Below, in pieces: positions 56,878 through 64,000 of a stretch of DNA of 64,000 bases (position 1 is the stretch's first letter; each line of letters begins with the position of its first letter). The stretch covers positions 162,006,001 through 162,070,000 of the forward strand of contig OZ024743.1 of NCBI GenBank assembly GCA_964016885.1, read 5' to 3'. The notes below the pieces were generated by a model. That model made no database searches and was not told the DNA's origin. It worked only from the letters and a program-made list of their open reading frames with translations. The position numbers and the translations under genes were made by a program. Source of the stretch: Eledone cirrhosa (Eukaryota).

Positions 56878-57590
56878 AATAAGCATACACGCTAGCTTGG
56901 CCGTATACTAGAGCTTCGTCTATGCTGTACTAAAATTTATATTTACTCCTAGAATTAACGCTTAACTGATTAATTTTATTTGATGATTCTATTGATTAAT
57001 TAATTGTTTAAGTTTGTTTGATAACTTCTAGTCGAGTGCTTTATTCGGTTTGAATAAGGGGATTCATTCCTTTATCTCAAATTAGAATACACCGCCTAAG
57101 CGGGGGTTACCTCCCTTCGGACAAAACCATGTGTCTGTGGCGACCTTTAAAGTCACAACATACCCGCTTTGGCTAAGAACGAAAGACTTGCTGAAGAAGT
57201 AAATCCTATGTTCTGTCGTCAAAAACCATTATATTGCAGACTGCTGCAATAGGAATTTGTCGATCATGGATTTGCAGAAACTTAGCGCTGTCGCTGCGTG
57301 CGATTTTGCGATCAATATTGTGGAAACACTATGTGGATTATATATTTTACACCCAGCCTCAGCGTTATGTCCAGGTCAGTAAAAAATCTTTACCTGGGTC
57401 CTGTATTTTCGTTGCTCTAGTGATGCGGTCGGACTGCCGACTGCTATATCTAATTTGCTAAGCTGTCTGAACATAATGTTATACTCTGGGGTCTTACCTC
57501 ATATGAGTGCTAAAGCTACAAACCGAATAAGCATACACGCTAGCTTGGCCGTATACTAGAGCTTCGTCTATGCTGTACTAAAATTTATAT
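56878..57590. repeat. ~650-bp unit with 64-bp terminal direct repeat, in (TA)n
   Basis: AATAAGCATACACGCTAGCTTGGCCGTATACTAGAGCTTCGTCTATGCTGTACTAAAATTTATAT at both ends. Confidence 0.8.
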
Positions 57591-58004
57591 ATATATATAT
57601 ATAAATAATTAGAATTTTATTTCTTACCCGAGCACAGCTGATATATAAATGTAAGTATGCACACGTACACACATATATATATATATATACATCCACACAC
57701 ATATATACATATGTACGTATGGGTTATACCGAATATTAATAATAACGTTCGATTCGTTTGTAAACAAATGGCCCGATTTGAAGCTGTGTCGTGTCAGAGA
57801 CCGATCGTCATTTGTTTGTTCAACACTGGCTTTGAAGAACGATCAACATGCTTCTGGGTCATTACTCTTCATTAGACTGTATACCTCTGCCAGTCTGTTG
57901 AACGGCTGAAAATATATAGTATTTTCTTAAGTGCACATTGGCTGAGTAGCCTCATTTGCATACCGAGCGAGTTACGGCTGGCCTTATCGATTATTAAAAA
58001 TAAA

Positions 58005-58105
<101 letters not shown>

Positions 58106-58143
58106 CCATCGATTCTATCTATCTATATATCTATCGTTGATAG

Positions 58144-62048
<3,905 letters not shown>

Positions 62049-62059
62049 CTCATCTCTAT

Positions 62060-64000
62060 AGACGTGTGCCAGTTCGCTGGTAAGTTTTTATTGATTTTCT
62101 GCGTAAGAAATCAAAGATTTATTGTTAAATTTGATACTATTTTATATCTTGACCCCACGTCTGGACCTTTAGACGGTGGGTCAACTCGTCTTCACCTCTC
62201 CCTGGGGTGAAATTTTCATTTGAAAAATGTTTTCGGTGAAAAATTGTAAACAAATGTTGCATTCAGTCATGGACGCCGCGTCCAGTACTAGAAGTGGTGG
62301 AGAGGCGGTAAGAGTGTTAAGCTCGCAGTCATCTCCTCTCACCACCTCATTGAAAGACGTTAAAAATGTCGTCCGTTTTGAAAACACGTTGTCGAACATT
62401 AATTGTAACACCAACACCAACACGAACACCAATAACATGAAAAATGTGAACAACACCAACCAGAACAACAACAACAATAGCAACAATGATAACAACACCA
62501 CCAACAACAACAGCAACACGAACAACTCCACAAACAAAGAAAAGATTTCCTTTGCACAAACCGTCCAAAAGACGGAACTGTTTACATATCTTGACATCTC
62601 CAATGCTAGGGAGTTGTTAAAAGAAGCAAAACAATATGTAATTTTTGGTGAGAGTGGTGCTTTCAGCATCACTTCTCCTCAACAGTTACGTAGAGAAACT
62701 ATCCTAAAAACAATAATTTTTAGGACAGTTTCAAATGTGTCTAAAAAACCAGTCCATTTATCCCAAAACGAAATTGAACTGGTTCTGAAAAATTCAATGA
62801 AGGATATTGCCTTCATCCAAAAAGGTAAACTTTTTGGAAGCATTTCGGTGCTGATGAAAGACCAATTGACGGCACAAAAATATTCTGTGTCGCCAATTGT
62901 GCCCCCCCCCCTTTACACCTTTTCCCCCACATATATGGGAAAAAGAACCTCAAAAATTAAAATTTCAAACATTACACCAAACCTAAACGTCTGGTGGATT
63001 TTGACTGGCCTCATCGATTTCGATGAAGACACAACAATTTCAGTGGGAAAGTCCTCCAGAGGCACATTCAATGGTACAACCTGGAAGTTTTGGTCCAAAT
63101 AAGGCCCGAATGGATAGCTAAAATACCCCAACTTGTGCCTCTGGATGGGATTTCATACATAAACATTTCTGTTGAGGGTAGGCGGCCTTCATGTTACCAC
63201 TGTTTAAGCAGTGGTCACCTGAAGGCTTACTGTCTTCAGCTAGCTGCAAAAAGGAGGCACTACTGCCAACACCCAAAACAACAACACAACCACCACCACT
63301 ACCACAACAACAACAACAACATGCAAACATAACCAAAGCAAGAACAACAAACCAAACTGCAAGCACAGTCCCACCCAACCCCACTACACCTAAAACCACT
63401 GCAAAAACACCCACAAATACAACAGCTCCCCAAAACATACTCCTTCCAAATAACACAGACACCACAACGGACGAGGCCCCCTCATCATCACCAAGTGACG
63501 ATGAGGGAGAGCCTCTCCGTTCGAAAAGAAAAGACACCACAAGAACAAAAAAGAAACAAACATCACTACAAACATACAACCACCAACACAAACAACACAA
63601 ACATTACAAACAAAACCCTCCCGTCCCGAAAACAAAACCACGACATCACACCAAACACAAACACCTGCAACAAAACGAAAGCTCACACAAGAACAACAGA
63701 CAAAAACCAACACAATACAACAAGAACATTACACATACATAAACAGTGGAAACAAAACTTTAATGGAGGTCATCTCCTACGACCCTCCGGTGAAAACCGA
63801 AGGGAAAACGTTTTCGAACTGTGCAGACAGACCTTATTTAAAGATCATTAGGGTCCCTACGGACACCTATAAGTCTTTAAAGGAAAACTTTCCTAAGGAC
63901 GTGGCTAATCCTTGTGTTAAACCCATTAACCGCGTGCTTTTAAAATGTTTCCCCACCCTCACCCCAGACACCCCCTCCCCACCAAACATCTCCGTCCTCA
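62060..64000 (+). mobile_element. Tx1 LINE 5' part (5' UTR plus frameshifted ORF1), running off the window
   Basis: ORF 62227-63102 and EGRRPSCYHCLSSGHLKAYC; begins directly after (TATC)n with TAGACGTGTG, as at 58144. Confidence 0.9.

Overview
AT-rich animal genomic DNA, dense in microsatellites and made almost entirely of nested repeats. The repeat style suggests a cephalopod such as Octopus (inference only). Recognisable elements: (i) at least six Penelope-like element (PLE) relics with RT and/or GIY-YIG domains; (ii) a Tx1/L1-clade LINE with an intact 1,145-1,153 aa APE-RT-zinc-finger ORF2, plus two relatives sitting in (TATC)n tracts; (iii) R4/Dong-like restriction-endonuclease LINE fragments; (iv) many copies of a tRNA-derived SINE; (v) a non-autonomous Helitron and MITEs. 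Two phase-compatible candidate exons of a host gene lie on the minus strand. The main hidden signal is about 25 type-I hammerhead ribozyme (HHR) motifs, read by eye, from a dozen or more sequence families. Many sit in short non-coding units arranged as tandem, circularly permuted or fold-back copies inside (TA)n tracts. These include a 319-bp unit present as two differently permuted over-length copies, two U3:A8 core variants, palindromic helix III arms, and fold-back junctions that coincide with the ribozyme stem II. Most of the short ORFs in the supplied track are microsatellite or antisense artefacts.
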